Source of the DNA: a virus | Taxonomy: Duplodnaviria > Caudoviricetes | IMG/VR virus record: IMGVR_UViG_3300002092_000058 | Location: 1-53,234 of that record | DNA length: 53,234 bases | Direction: 5' to 3' (one strand) | Shown: piece by piece, positions 1 through 13,200 of the stretch | How the letters are laid out: each line of letters starts with the position of its first letter | Numbering within the stretch: position 1 is the first letter of the stretch | Made by a program: the position numbers and the translations under genes | Notes under the pieces: model-generated | Told to the model about the DNA's origin: nothing | Seen by the model: only the letters and a program-made list of their open reading frames with translations | Databases searched by the model: none

Positions 1-101
1 CAAAATTACTTGGTATAGCACTATAAGTCGCAAAAGATGGAATTGTATTTGACGTTATTATATTTATTCCATCCCCTACATACAAAGTTGTACCAACCCT
101 A
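1..101. repeat. copy of 111-bp (37-aa) tandem repeat unit
   Basis: 1..101 matches 53115..53215 with one mismatch (position 19). Confidence 0.95.
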
Positions 102-262
102 GCGGTGCCGACAAAACCAGTAGGGATTGCGGAGACAGAGTCGAACGTAGGAATAAAACCGGTTATTGTCCCATCGGGATTAGGTAAGCCTGTTTTCTTA
201 AATCCATTATTAGTATACAAATACTCGTTATTGGATATTTTTTTACCGATAAATTCAGTCAT
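1..262 (-). CDS. 5' part of spike/fibre gene, continuing across the circular junction into 53234..50425
   Basis: ATG at 262 (MTEFIGKKISNNEYLY...VGTARVGTTLYVGDGINIITSNTIPSFATYSAIPSNF) is open to base 1 and joins the 50425..53226 ORF in frame via the 9-nt end overlap CAAAATTAC. Confidence 0.85.
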   Translation of the reverse strand, partial: MTEFIGKKISNNEYLYTNNGFKKTGLPNPDGTITGFIPTFDSVSAIPTGFVGTARVGTTLYVGDGINIITSNTIPSFATYSAIPSNF

Positions 263-281
263 GTTATTTCTCTAGTTTATG

Positions 282-506
282 TTATTTAATATGGCTTTGA
301 ATCCAGTACCATGCGCCACCCAAAAGACCTACAACACTCCATTGGATAGCGGCGTCAGCTACTTTTGACATCATTTCTTTACGAGCTTTTTCGGCTTCAA
401 TGCGCTCTTGGATCCATTCATGGTGTGCTGCGTGAGCATCAATAACAGACTCATGATGCTCTTGTAGGGTTTCGAGTAATAATGCTTTTAATGTCTTGTC
501 ATCCAT
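282..506 (-). CDS. holin-like/lysis-region membrane protein with one C-terminal TM helix
   Basis: Charged helical N-terminus plus C-terminal hydrophobic segment AIQWSVVGLLGGAWYW; lies in a cluster of small membrane genes. Confidence 0.55.
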   Translation of the reverse strand: MDDKTLKALLLETLQEHHESVIDAHAAHHEWIQERIEAEKARKEMMSKVADAAIQWSVVGLLGGAWYWIQSHIK

Positions 507-515
507 GCTCAATGC

Positions 516-827
516 CTATAATTTATTTTCAATTTCGGTCGCAATTGGGCAGACCATTTCTCCCGCAATGGGATTGACACCATAAAGATACGCTACGCCT
601 AATTCTATTAATAAATTAATAACATTTTTAGCAATGGGTTCAACAAGATCATCAAAGATAATTTCAATATCTTTCAAAACTTTTTTGCGTTTATCTGCGC
701 CTGTTGCATTTGGTAATGCCTCGTTAGTACGCTCTATTTCTGCAACAATTCGGCTAAATATTGAGCCATGACCAATAAGATCGACAAAGGTTGAGATGGC
801 TGTTTTTTCGATGACATCTAATGACAT
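516..827 (-). CDS. hypothetical lysis-region protein (holin-like GxDKR motif)
   Basis: ORF with SD GGAG; TGADKRKKV motif resembles that of small phage holin-associated proteins. Confidence 0.5.
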   Translation of the reverse strand: MSLDVIEKTAISTFVDLIGHGSIFSRIVAEIERTNEALPNATGADKRKKVLKDIEIIFDDLVEPIAKNVINLLIELGVAYLYGVNPIAGEMVCPIATEIENKL

Positions 828-830
828 GAG

Positions 831-968
831 TTACTCCGTTTTACATGTTAAATTTAATTGTGCGCCATTGACGTTAAGATCATATAGCGCACCAGGTGTT
901 ATGTTACAGTTTGTTACACATCCTGATAATAGGATAAACAACAAACTATTTTTTAAAGCCTTTATCAC
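831..968 (-). CDS. small lipoprotein, possible o-spanin (45 aa; not in ORF track)
   Basis: GTG start; MIKALKNSLLFILLSG|CVTNCNITPGALYDLNVNGAQLNLTCKTE has an LSGC lipobox; overlaps the 3' end of the upstream membrane gene. Confidence 0.65.
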   Translation of the reverse strand: MIKALKNSLLFILLSGCVTNCNITPGALYDLNVNGAQLNLTCKTE

Positions 969-1224
969 TTGATGTAGTCACATTGAGATAAGCGACAATA
1001 GTTCCGCCAACCGAAGCTATGCCGCCCGCTAATTGCGCCAATTGGTCATCAGAAACAGGGATATCAATACCCACCGCTTTAGCAACAACTAAAGCAAATC
1101 CAAAGACAATAATAAGCGCATGAGACGCATTAGCGACATTCCCCCATGCTGAAGCATTAGCAAGAGTTTTGCCATTTTCTAAGGCAGGCGATAAATTTAA
1201 AAGCAATTCTAGTATTTTATTCAT
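946..1224 (-). CDS. putative holin (two TM helices)
   Basis: Two hydrophobic segments (ALIIVFGFALVVAKAVG; LAGGIASVGGTIVAYL) and a basic C-terminus. Confidence 0.6.
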   Translation of the reverse strand: MNKILELLLNLSPALENGKTLANASAWGNVANASHALIIVFGFALVVAKAVGIDIPVSDDQLAQLAGGIASVGGTIVAYLNVTTSSDKGFKK

Positions 1225-1282
1225 TATAGTCAACCCTGTAGTAAATTAAGTTTGTTATATCATAATTGGCATATACAATCAA

Positions 1283-4200
1283 TTACATGAAGCTTTCTTC
1301 ATCAGCCAATTCCTTTAGTTTTTTATTGATATTTATTCCGTTTATCGATGATTTTTGGTTAGACAGTCTCTTTTTTACAGACCGCAAAATAGACGCTTGA
1401 TTTATTTTGTCACTAGGATATTTAGTGTTAAATTCCTTAATACTTTCCATAGCGTCTTTTAAATCAGAAGCATTTTTTTCTATTTTAGCATTAGCCGCAT
1501 GATTTAATAGTCTTTGCCTAACATGCTGAACCGCTTGCTCCCTGTTCTTTATTGCTGCGTTTTGATTCATCTGTTCGTTCAGTCCTGATGGACGCATCCC
1601 AATAGCCTGTAATGCTTGTTCATAAGCATTAGTTTCGTAAATTGTTTCGCCTGTTAATGATTTTGCACCGCCCTCATTAATTAATCGGTAAGATTTAGCG
1701 GCCCCGCTAAATGCATTAGGTAGCATTTTTTCTATACCTCTTTCAGTGTTGCCATCACCTATTAGCTTCATTCCAACCAATACATTTTCAGCAACACCAG
1801 CAATTGGGCCAGCTATTGTTTTTAACAGGTAGTAAGCTTGGTCTTTGCCCTCTAGCTCTTTGTCAGGCTCTCTAACCCATAAATCACTTAACGATAATCT
1901 ACTATGAAAATCTGCGCCTGATTCACTTAGTGCGCCTACTGAAATAATTCTTCCTATATCTGGACCTAATGTGTTCGATAACGATTTTCTAATTTCATTT
2001 TCAACATCTTTTGGCTCATCATCGTCATCAAATAAACTTAATAATGCTTGAACAGCCATTAATATTCCACCGATAGGCAAACCAAGAACGCCAGCCGCCG
2101 CTATTTGCGTACCCGACAAGCAAAGCATAATGTTTCTAGCTTCTGCTTTGCGCTCTGGGTTTTTTGATTTAAAGGCGTCATAAAGCGTTTTGCCCCATAA
2201 CCATGTCATGCCCTGGCTAAACATTTTAAACTGAAGCATAACCCGCGCGGCATTGCCTTGGAATAAATCAGGTCTATTAGCACTTGAATAATCTAAGTGC
2301 GTTTCTTTTACAATCTCGTCCGCGTAAGCAATAGATTTTTGCACATCCCCTGTTTTTTCAAACTCCATTCGATAGGCGGTTAATGCGGTTATTTCCCTGT
2401 TAGCCATTTCAACATGATGAAACATATAAGATGAGGCTATCATAAAATCTCGATGCAAAGTACCGCGCTCCACACCTTGCTCAGACAATCCCATTAAATC
2501 ATGCGCTCTTGATCGGTCAAATGTGCCATTGCTTGATAAGGCCATGTAAAGCGCACGCTCACCATCATTTTTTAATCCGTTTAAAATGCTAAAGCCATCT
2601 TGGTCTTTATTGGCAAAAAATGTTTTGGTTGCGTCAGCTAATGCTTTACTTGATTTAACAAAGCCGTGCCGACCAGCGATAACAGGCAGCGCAACACCTG
2701 GGGTTTGCATAAAATTGATTAAGGCAGATGACGGACTAAACCCCAGTATGTAAGTAAATGCCGTTTGATTTGCAATGCTGGAAATCAAATGCACGCTATT
2801 ACCGTCTGCCATATTAGCGTAAGACTTTTGAAGTGCTTTTATAATATCTGCTATTGACTCTGAATCTTTCCCAGCATTAATATAAATGTCCGCATTTTTA
2901 AGAATATCTTTTTGTCGGTCTATGTATTTATTAATAGCAGACTTTAATTCATTTTGATTTGAATAACGGTTAAATTGATTAAGCAATCCCGCATTACCCT
3001 CTATTTCACTAAGCTGTTCGCCGTTATTTAATTGCGTTAATACATCTCTTAGCTTTTCAATGTTTGATTGAATGCGCTCATATTCTTTGGTGCTATCACC
3101 CGCTTTTACCGCCATAGTAATGTCTTTTAAAGCTTGCTTCATCTTTGGCATGTATTTCATTTTTGCAATTTGCTTACCATCATGAAATGCTTTTTTAGAA
3201 AACGATCTTAACGCATCAGTAGCAAAGCCCGGTGTCTTCTTTCTATGAATAAACCGTTTGCGCATAGAAGACTCAGGCAATGCGGTCAAATAAAGCTGAA
3301 AGATTGAATCCTTTAGCATGTCGCCTTGCTCGACATCCAGCTTATCAATCAAATCATTTATATCATTAACAAAACCGACATCAATCCCCTCTACTTTTTG
3401 AAAGTCGGTTAGCGTTTTACCAAAACCATTGATATCAATGCCATTGTCTTTAAGCTGTTTGATAAATCGCTCTTGTGCGCTCTTAGTTTCAAACATATTA
3501 AAGCCTTCAGCATGGTCTACCCAATACGGACCAAAACGCATTAACGGGGAGTACGGACCTTTAATTGCTTTAAACTTTTTATTAAGTTCTTTTACCATGC
3601 GCTTCTTATCTTCAATTGACGCATTAGAGTTATCAAGCTTTTCAATAATAGAGCTTAGCAAATCATTCAAGCGGTCTTTATGGAACTTTTCAGCGTCATC
3701 AAGCACTTTTTTAGAGTTAGGCAATAGCTTATTATAGTTAGACACTAGCTCGTCCCATACAGCAGTATCCGCGTCTTCTGGTTTTGTTTCTCTCGGGTCA
3801 AGCTCTAATACGGTCATACTGTTCATCATGTCGGCTAATCGGTGCATTTCTAATTTATTACGCGCCGCCCACACTTTATCCATTGGCTTATAATTAGGCA
3901 CAAGGCGTTGCCAACGATTAGCAATATCATCCCCTTGTTTGTGAATATTGGCTTCGGTTACATCGTAATTATTGCGCTCAACTGAAAAGTTTTTGAATAT
4001 AGGCAAAGTTTCCTCGCCCAGTTTAACCAATTGATTCTGGGTTAATGCGCTTAATCCCAGCGCTTTAATATTAATTCTACCTGTATCTTTAATATCCCGT
4101 AAGCGGTCTTTTAATTCTTCAGTAGTTGTTTTTGGTAATGCGGCTGTGTCGCTCCAAATATCCTCTAATGGTGCGAGGCTGAATCGAATGTCGTTGTTTA

Positions 4201-7200
4201 CGCTTGTCATTAAGCGGGACGGTTGCTGACTCGCCATTTTGGATCCATTATTCCAAACCACAATTGCATTACTATCTGCTATATCCTGCGTAACACTAGG
4301 CGATGTAAACTTCCTTTCTGTCTTGGTAAAATTTCGCCTTGCTTCAACATTTCTGGCTTCTATTTCTCCAGCATGTCTTTTATAGTCATAAAATAATTTA
4401 GCAAATTCCTCCTTACTTGGTGGCGTAGAGATATTACCAAACGGACTGTCGCTTCTTATTGATTCTATTTCTCTTTGCAAGGATGTCCATTTTCTTGATC
4501 CATCATTTTCAGAGTCTTCCAGTGCTTTTTCCTTTAATTCAATATATTTTTCATCTTCATATAATTCAAGATATTCTTCATCTTTATAGTTAAATGTTGA
4601 TCTTATTTGTTTTATTTTGTCAAAATAAATATCTCTAGCACGAATCATTTCTTTTTCGTACTTTTTTTGCTCCTCTAGCAATCTTTGCTTTTTTTCATAA
4701 TTCGTCTCTTTTTTGTTTTCATTAATTTTGTGTAGACTAGACCCCCATGCAAAATCTTCTATGTGCTGTATTCCATGTTGTATTTCATGCAGTAAAGCAG
4801 ATAAGGCATTGTCGCGCGTACCTGACTGAATGAGTATGCTTTTTTCTGACGGATCATAGTGCGACATAGCATTTGAATACGACGGACCTATGTTTAAATC
4901 AATAGGCAAATTATATAGCTCAGGATAAGCGTCAAATAAATGAGGGTGATTCAATACATCACCTAGAATCATATTTTTTGCATTTAGGGTTTTGTCTTTA
5001 TTAATAAGCCCTGCTTTAAATCTTGCGTTATTATCATTTATTTCAAATCGCCACTTTCCGTCAACAGCTTTAAACCACCCCGTATCCTCTCTAATTTTCT
5101 CTTTATCTTCACCAGCATCCATTCGTTGCTGTGCTGCGGCTAAGGAGTTATGGTTTGCTGTGTTGGCATTTTGACCAGCAAAGCCATATTTAATTGCTTC
5201 ATCTTCTCTACCAACATTATCAAACAACAAAGACTCTGGCGCAGACTTAAGTGCACTAGTAGCCATATCGCGTAATTCTTGTTCAGTAAGCTTATTAGCC
5301 CATTGCGAATACTTAAACTTGTCTTTACCAATAAGAGTATTTCCAATCGCCCTAACTAACCGCCTAAATGCTTCTATAATTCTTTGCGCTAAAGTTGAGG
5401 TAGGATTGTTTTCTAAAAAATACGCCAAAGCTTCTTCAGTAATATGCTCTTCTTTAGTATCAGCAGGTACGCGGTTAAAGGCTGCTTTTACTCTTGGGTT
5501 TCTTTCTTTTAACTGTTCAAATTGCGTCAATAAGGCTTTAAACTCAGCATTAGATTTACCTAATTGCAAAGCATGTACGCCGATCTCATGAAGCATTAGC
5601 CCCTTAATAGAATCAGATGACTGATCTTGACTAATATTGTCATGAACAAAATAGGTTGTGTCATTAGCAGGATTGTAAAAAGCAATAACATGACCGTCTT
5701 TACTGTACTTAATATCAAACTGCCCTGATACGACATTATCACCTGGTTCTCTTGGGAGGTCTTGAATTATTTCACCCGCTTCATCACGACTAATAACCTT
5801 AAACTTGCCAGTCGCCATTAATCTATCAGTCCAGCCGTCACCAAAAGTTTTATCCATGATGGATTTAATGGCAGAAGATAGGGATTGTTTTGTGTGGGTG
5901 TTAGATGGAGCAGTTGGAGTAGTCGTTTTACTAAATTTAATACCTTTGCTTTCTAAGAATTTTTTACCTTCTTCTTTTAAAATTGGTTGCATTGAACCAA
6001 TAATTGGGTAAATAACTCTCAACAAAGACCCTATTTCATCCATAGATACTCTGGCTTGCATTTCTTTACCACGAGTTATAAATGGACCAGTAATCTCTGT
6101 TACACGCTTGTTTCCAAAAAGAATAGAACCTTTAGCTTTTGATGACGGCGCATATAAAGTAGCGCCAGTAGACGTAACCATTAACCTAAAGTCGTTATTA
6201 GCTGACCGTATTGATCTATTTGTAGCATTAGAATTATTAATATAATCCATTGCTATATCAAGGTTTAAAAAGATAACAGGCTGTTTTTCTATTGCTTGTT
6301 TTAAATCAAATTTCTTAGGCATTAATACGCCTTGATTAATCTCACCTTTATCATTTGTGTAATTAATAATTTGACCAGTTGAATCAAATCCATAAGCCGC
6401 AAGCATATTTCCAGTTAAAATAACTCGATGTTCTCTTGATGTTGATTGTCCTTCATCTAAGGCGGTTTTAATAGAGTTTAAATTCCCTCTATTTACTGTC
6501 CAACTCATTCCGTTTGTAGCGCCCCAAGATAACTGGCTTAATGGTAACGTAACCTGTCTTGTTGCATCAGCAACATAAACGGTCATTTTCCATTGACCCT
6601 GAGCAAAGAAACTTTTTGCCTGTCCTTTTCTTTCAAATTTACCAACTATCCCTTCATACTTAAGACCATGAGGCGATGTTAATACAATAGGTTTAGATGG
6701 GTAAAAATTAGAAAACATTTGAACAAGTTGATTTCTTTGATGTTCCAGATTATCTTTCAATGCTTGTTTTCTTTTTACTTCTTTATCATCAATTTCTTCA
6801 ATTTTTTCTATTTCAGATAATGCTTTTTTGTATTCTTCATTTACCGTTTTAATAAATGATTCTTTAGCAGAATAAGAAGATTTGTCATCTTTAAAATCTG
6901 TTTTTTCTAACAATGAATTAATTTGATCTATTGTATAAGGCTTACCTAGTTTTTTAACATCTACTATTTCAGCTTCTACACCAGCCGCAAATGGTGATGT
7001 ACTTCCACCTAGTTCTTCGACAATATTCTCTGTATGAACAATTTTTGCATCTAAATCCATCGCATGAGCTTCTAACTGGTTTTGCCCAGTTTTTGTAAGA
7101 ATCTCTATATAATCGTTATATTCATCCTCTATCATTTGATAAAGCATTTCCTGGTCTTTTAGTTTAAGCACAGGAATAAGGCCTGTAACTTTAGCCATAG

Positions 7201-10200
7201 CATTTTCTTTATATAACCCGTTATTGCCTTGCGCTAATGGTTTACCAAGCATCTTGTGTAGCTCTGGATTATCAGTCATAACCGATGCAGCTATTTCATT
7301 TCCATAATCATTCATAAAATCTGGAACATCTTTAGCTTTTACGGCAGACTCTTTACCAGCAGTAGTATTAGCGTTAAGCATTGCCATTTTTTTAGCAAGA
7401 ATAGCAGAGGGTCTTTTTTCAGCAGGAATATTAGCTGTTAATTGAGAATAAGAAGGTAAATGAAGCTGACCTGTTCTATTGATACGCCCAAGCATTTGCA
7501 TGTGAGTATCAATATTTAATTCGGGCTGAGCAATGATCATGTGACGTTTTCTAGTATCACCACCTACTTTAGGACTAGAATGTAATGATAATCCTGTAGC
7601 ACCAGACTGATTAAGAATAATTACATCTAGTTTTCCATTATTAAAATCATTTACTGTTTTTCTTTTTCCTGCGGTACTTAATTCTTGTGCAGGTCTTATT
7701 TTATATATAGGAACATCACCGGAATAATCAATAATGTTCATACGTCCAGTAATTTCACCTGATTTATAACCTTCTTTTGCTAAAGCATTATGAATGGCAT
7801 CAATAGGCGACATTTTGTAACTACTAAAATCAAAGTTATTTATTTTACTTTGTATTTTTTTATAAAAACTTGAGGCGGCTTTTCCTAATTCATCATCATC
7901 CAATGGTCTTTTTATTTTATTACCCATTGCATCAGTTTCAGTAATGCGTCTTGATCTTTCTAGATACCTAGATAATAAATCACCGCAGTTTAGATTTATT
8001 ACATCACCAACATTTAACCCAACTTCATCAGCGTACTCTTTAATAACTGATCCCATTGTGCTTGATAAAGCTATTACAGGTTTTTCACCTCGCTTTAAAG
8101 CTTCTAGCGCTTCATCAATAGTTGGCTGTACTTTTAACATTAATAACATCTGCCCAATCATATTGTGCATGATGCTAGTAAAGTTTTGAGAATCAATACC
8201 AGTTTTACCTATTGCATTATCAGCGCTTACTTGGCTTGCCGATGCTTTTGCCTCATCTTTTAATGTACTTACCGCAATCGATTTTAAATCATCAAAAATC
8301 ATAATGTCGCGCATTACTTCCGCAACTTTTTCAGCAAAGTTTCTATCTACGTCAACAAAAGATGTTCCATAAACTATACCGTCAAACGATTTTTCTCTAC
8401 GAATATATTGACCTGATTCCGCAAGCATAGAAGCAACAGCCTGTTGTAAAGGGACGCCTCCGGCTACCATTGCTTGTTGTAATGATGCGGTATCTGCAAC
8501 TAATCCCATATCAGTTTTAGAATATAAATCTAATACGTCAGGTCGTTTAGCGTATGTAGCAGAAGAATAAAATACGCCTTTAGCTAATGACACAAGTTCT
8601 CTAGCAACAGCAGCTCTGCCTGTTTTTTCACCTTCTTCTGGTGCGCTTTTTCCTTGTTTAGGTCCAGCAGAAGTTCCGCCAGCATTATGACTTTCATCAA
8701 GAATCAACAAACAACCATCAGCTAATTTTTTTAAAAATTTAGTGCGTGTTGTAATTTCTCCTTTTACAGTTTGCATTTGATTGTAAGTAGTAAAAATAAC
8801 ATCACCTTCGGACAACTTGCCTGAATCAATCATGCTATTCATATTTTGTTCTTGTTTTTTACCAGAAGGCATACTAATAAATTTACCTCGTTTTTCTGGT
8901 ATCTTCTCTCCGCTCTCTTTAGCTTTTAATGATTCTTCATACCACGCATTAGCTTCATTATCTATAGGGATATTTTCGCCTGAATTTGTAGCAAAAGGTT
9001 TAACATCAGGCATGCCAATATCAGCTAAATCTCTAAGCATATCACCATAAAGATTAGGTTTTTCAGTTACAAATATTGGAGTCATTTTATTTAATATGGC
9101 ATAACGAATCATTGCCGCGTTTACACGACCTTTACCAACCCCTGTCTGATCACCAATAATAAAACCTTTACCGGATATAATATTATCTAAAGCAAGCGCA
9201 ATAGCATCTACTTGCTCTGCACTAAAATATTTACCAATTTCTTCTTTTTTGTAATTTAGTAAGTTAGCAATATAACTATCTATATCTCCATGTGCATCAA
9301 TAATTCTTTGTAATGCTTTTTCTATAGATGACTGCATGTTTACAGGTACAAGAGTACCTACAGGATTAACGGTACTTGCTGGAGTATAATCTGCTTGAAA
9401 TTTGTTTTCTACGGTATTAGGCTTGTTAGTAAGTCTAATGGGTCTGTTGCTTGTATTATCGTTTGACTCATCAACATTACTCTCGATGACTTGTCCGTTT
9501 GTTTCAACACTTCGCTCAGATCTAAACAAAACTCCGACACGTTTTCGGTTCTCACTTCTCCGTCTATTTGAGAATTGTCTAATGCCAAAATTGCTTCCTG
9601 CATCACCTGTTTCTGTAGAGTTGGATTGAGCTTCATCAATAGTGATTTCAACTTTTGACACGCTTGGTCTATTATCTGGTAGTTCATTTTTTAATTCCTT
9701 AATTGTATTAATAACTCTTGGCACATCAGCTGCAGGCAATCTTAATTTAGATTTGTCTTTACCATGTATAACAATTACATCAACAGGCCACTCAGCGCCT
9801 TGTTTAGCGTAAAGTTTTCCAGATACCGTAAAATGATCAACTACGTTATAGTCGTTATATAAATTATAGAAAAATGTACGCTTAGCTTTTCCATTGTATG
9901 CGTCTGAGCGTCCTTCTTGTGATAAATGACCCGCAGGCCCACCAATAATTAAAACAGCTTTGCCATCATCGTCCATGCCTTTTAATGTATTCATAACGAT
10001 GGCATGATCTACTTCATTAGTAGAATACATTGGCTTAATGCTATAAGTTATTGTGTTTCCATTATCATCCTTAACTGCGCCAAATGGAGGATTAATAATT
10101 ACAACATCCGACAAACCATTTTTTGTAAAACTATGTGTAACAGCGTTTTCTGTTGTGACATTAAACCCTTGCTCTTTTAACGACCTTGCTCTATCAGGAT

Positions 10201-13200
10201 TTAATTCATTTACAGTAGCTAACTCTGGATTAGCAGCTATTAATAACGCACCATTTCCAGCAGTAGATTCTGTGACGGTTGTTTTTTTAGTAATACCCGC
10301 TAATTCAGATGCAAGATACGCTAATGGCAATGGAGTTGAATATGCTTGCTGTTCAATGCTAGTGCTAGTTCTAACATTAAGGGATGGCATTTGGCCTGCT
10401 AATTTAACTAAAGCGTCAAATGTTTGAGATTCTGATAAACCTTTATCGACTATTTGTTTTCCGGCTAATACACCTGCAAGTTCTATAGCTTCATCAGCTT
10501 GTTTAGCTTCTATAGTACCAGCAACTATGTTTTGATCTGTTAATGCTTTTCTTGCCTGAACAATAGTGTCAAAAGATTGACCGGCTAATAATAAATCAGC
10601 AAATCTTTGTGAAGCATCAAATCCAAAGATTGATTTAACCTCTTTCTTGGATTCCTTTTCAATTTCTTCAATAGAATCATATTGCAAAGCCTCAGCTTTA
10701 TTGCCGCCAATTTCTTTTGCAATATTAATATAACCAGCTTGCAAGTTTTCTATAGATAATTTATCTGCAATTTCATCACCAGCTAGTTGACGTATTTGCG
10801 ACATTACATGTTGAGCCGCATCTTTAAATTTAATGTAACCCATTTTAGCCGCGATACGGAATATCTTTGACATAATAGGTATAAGCCGCGCTTCTTCTTC
10901 TTCTGTAAGATTTGTTTTTGCTCCAAGTAATGACGCTAATTCACCAATAGCTTGTCCCATTTGGTCTTTAAGGTCTGCCATTTCATCAGCAAGACTGTCA
11001 ATTCCTTTATCCGCTTCTGCTTTTTGCTTGGCTTTTAATTCGGTTTCTGATTCTTTTCTTGCTCGCTCGGCTTGTTCTCGCTCATGTTTTGCAAGTTCTG
11101 ATTCTGTGTATCCTTGGGGTATTTCTTCTTCAGGTACAGCAACGCTTTGTGTAGGTCTTTTTTCTTCATTAGTAATTCCCAGCCATTCTTCAAGTTCATT
11201 AAGTGTAATATCTGACCCTTTAACGTCAAAAGGAATCGAGTCGTCAAACTCAACTAAAACCCTGTTAATGTCGTCAATTGTTAGCTTACCATTTTCCATT
11301 TCCGCTTCAAGATGATTGACAATCATATCTTGAGCGTGAGTTAATTCAGTGTCGCTTTCGTAGCTGCCTCGCTCCTCATCTTCAGTGGCTAAATCATGTA
11401 GGCTTTCAAGTATAGCAACTTGTTTTGGCCTTAATTTTTTTCCAGCCTTATAATCACTTACTGCTAATTTTACCTCTCTAACCGATGGCGTCGAACTGTA
11501 AACATCACCATTTTCTTTATATATTAAAAACCTTCCATCCTTAAACCATTCAGGATTAACAGAAGGCGCTCTGCCTGTAATTGTGCCATGTTCATCATGA
11601 ATTAATGATACACCACCACCTTCTACTAAATCATTTGCATAAGATTCAATAGCGGGGTGGGATTCTTTTTTTTGCGCAGGCTTAAGCGCAGCTAAATTTG
11701 CTTGACTGTTGCTTGACTGGCTAACTGTTTCTGGCGCATTTTCTACGGATTCTGTGGCTTCCGTGCTTGATGGTTGCTTGATTGCTTCTTGTTGTTCTTG
11801 CGGTTCACCGTATCTTTTTACAAACGTATCAATGGATTTTATTAATAAAGTTTTTGATGGCTGAATAATAGTATGTTTTCCGCCGTTTTTATTAACTGCT
11901 TCAGCTTTCCACGTTTCATCATTGTTTTTTGTTATGGAATAACCTTTATAAGGTTTATTTGTCTTTGTTGATGATACTTGTTGTTGCTCACTAAACAAAT
12001 ATTCTTCTGCGGCATCTTTATCAGCTTGGCTAGGCTTTTCTATGTTAGCCTCAAATTGACGGGCATTAAATTCATCACCCCTATGCTTTGCTTCATCAAG
12101 CGCATTTTTCATAAGCCATTTATCAACGGCTTTTATGTGGACTGGTTTTATATTGCCTGTAGCTGTCTTAAATTTAGGGAACGTGCTTGTTTCTCTGCCT
12201 GATGATGTTAATACAGACTCTCCCGGCTCTAACTTTATGCCTACATACCCTTGTCTTTTAGTTGGGGTGGCAATCTCTTCTTTTGCGCTTTCTGTAACTA
12301 GATCGGGTTTTTTTTCAGTTGGTGGCAATTTAATAGCATCATCAGCTTGCCATTCATAACCACCTTTATCAATATAGACATTACCATCTAAATGCTGAAC
12401 TGGCGTACCATCGTTTAATTCATGAGTCGGCTCAAAGTTGTTATTATTCTCCTGCTCACTTGGTCTAGGTGTTGATTCCTGTTGTATTGGTACATCAGTG
12501 CCTGAGGATTGCTTCTCATTTGATACGCGCCCATTGGTTAATTCTCCTGTAGTTGGCTCGGCAACTGACTGATTGTTTTCGACTGCTCCTTGATTTTTTG
12601 CTCCATTGACCTGACTTGTTCCTGCATCAATAGGGTTGAGTTCTGTAGTGATTCCAGTATTTGCTTCTGTAGTAGTGGCTCTATCATTGTTTTGTTCTGC
12701 TAATCTCTCTTGTTTTTCGCGCTCTCTTTGCTCTTGCCATGCAATATTATTGGAATCAGTCTCAGGGATTCGAGAAGAACGTACATTTATTTCAGTTAAA
12801 TTGTTTCTATTTTTTACGGCTACTGGATTAAAATTTTCATCAACAAATTGGTTTCTATCAATTTCTCTAAGATATTGTCCATCAGGCGTAACATGGGTTG
12901 CTAAAAAATCTTGTTTAGCTAAAGGCAACGCAACACCAGCTAAAGCCCCTGTGTTCTCTGTCCGTCTTTCTGTGGGTTTGTTTGATGTTATGGTTGGCGG
13001 AATAATTGGAATATCGGCAGGTGAATTTAAATCTGCATTAGCTCCCGCAATGGCTTCATCAACATTCTTTGCTTTAGACAATAATCCGCCAGTTCCACCT
13101 ATCCCAAAACCAGCCATACCGCCTTGCATACCTGCGTTATTGGCTTGATTTAATGCTTCAGGTGTAAATGGATCTTTGCCTTCGCCTTTTAGTTCAGCTA

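Noticed and set aside
1-101. Direct terminal repeat (packaging DTR)
   Set aside because: The match has a mismatch and a 111-bp period inside a coding tandem repeat; it reflects an assembly break rather than a physical genome end.
5140-5346. 68-aa same-strand nested ORF in the giant gene
   Set aside because: TTG start, no SD, Leu-rich shadow composition, and it overlaps conserved-looking main-frame sequence.
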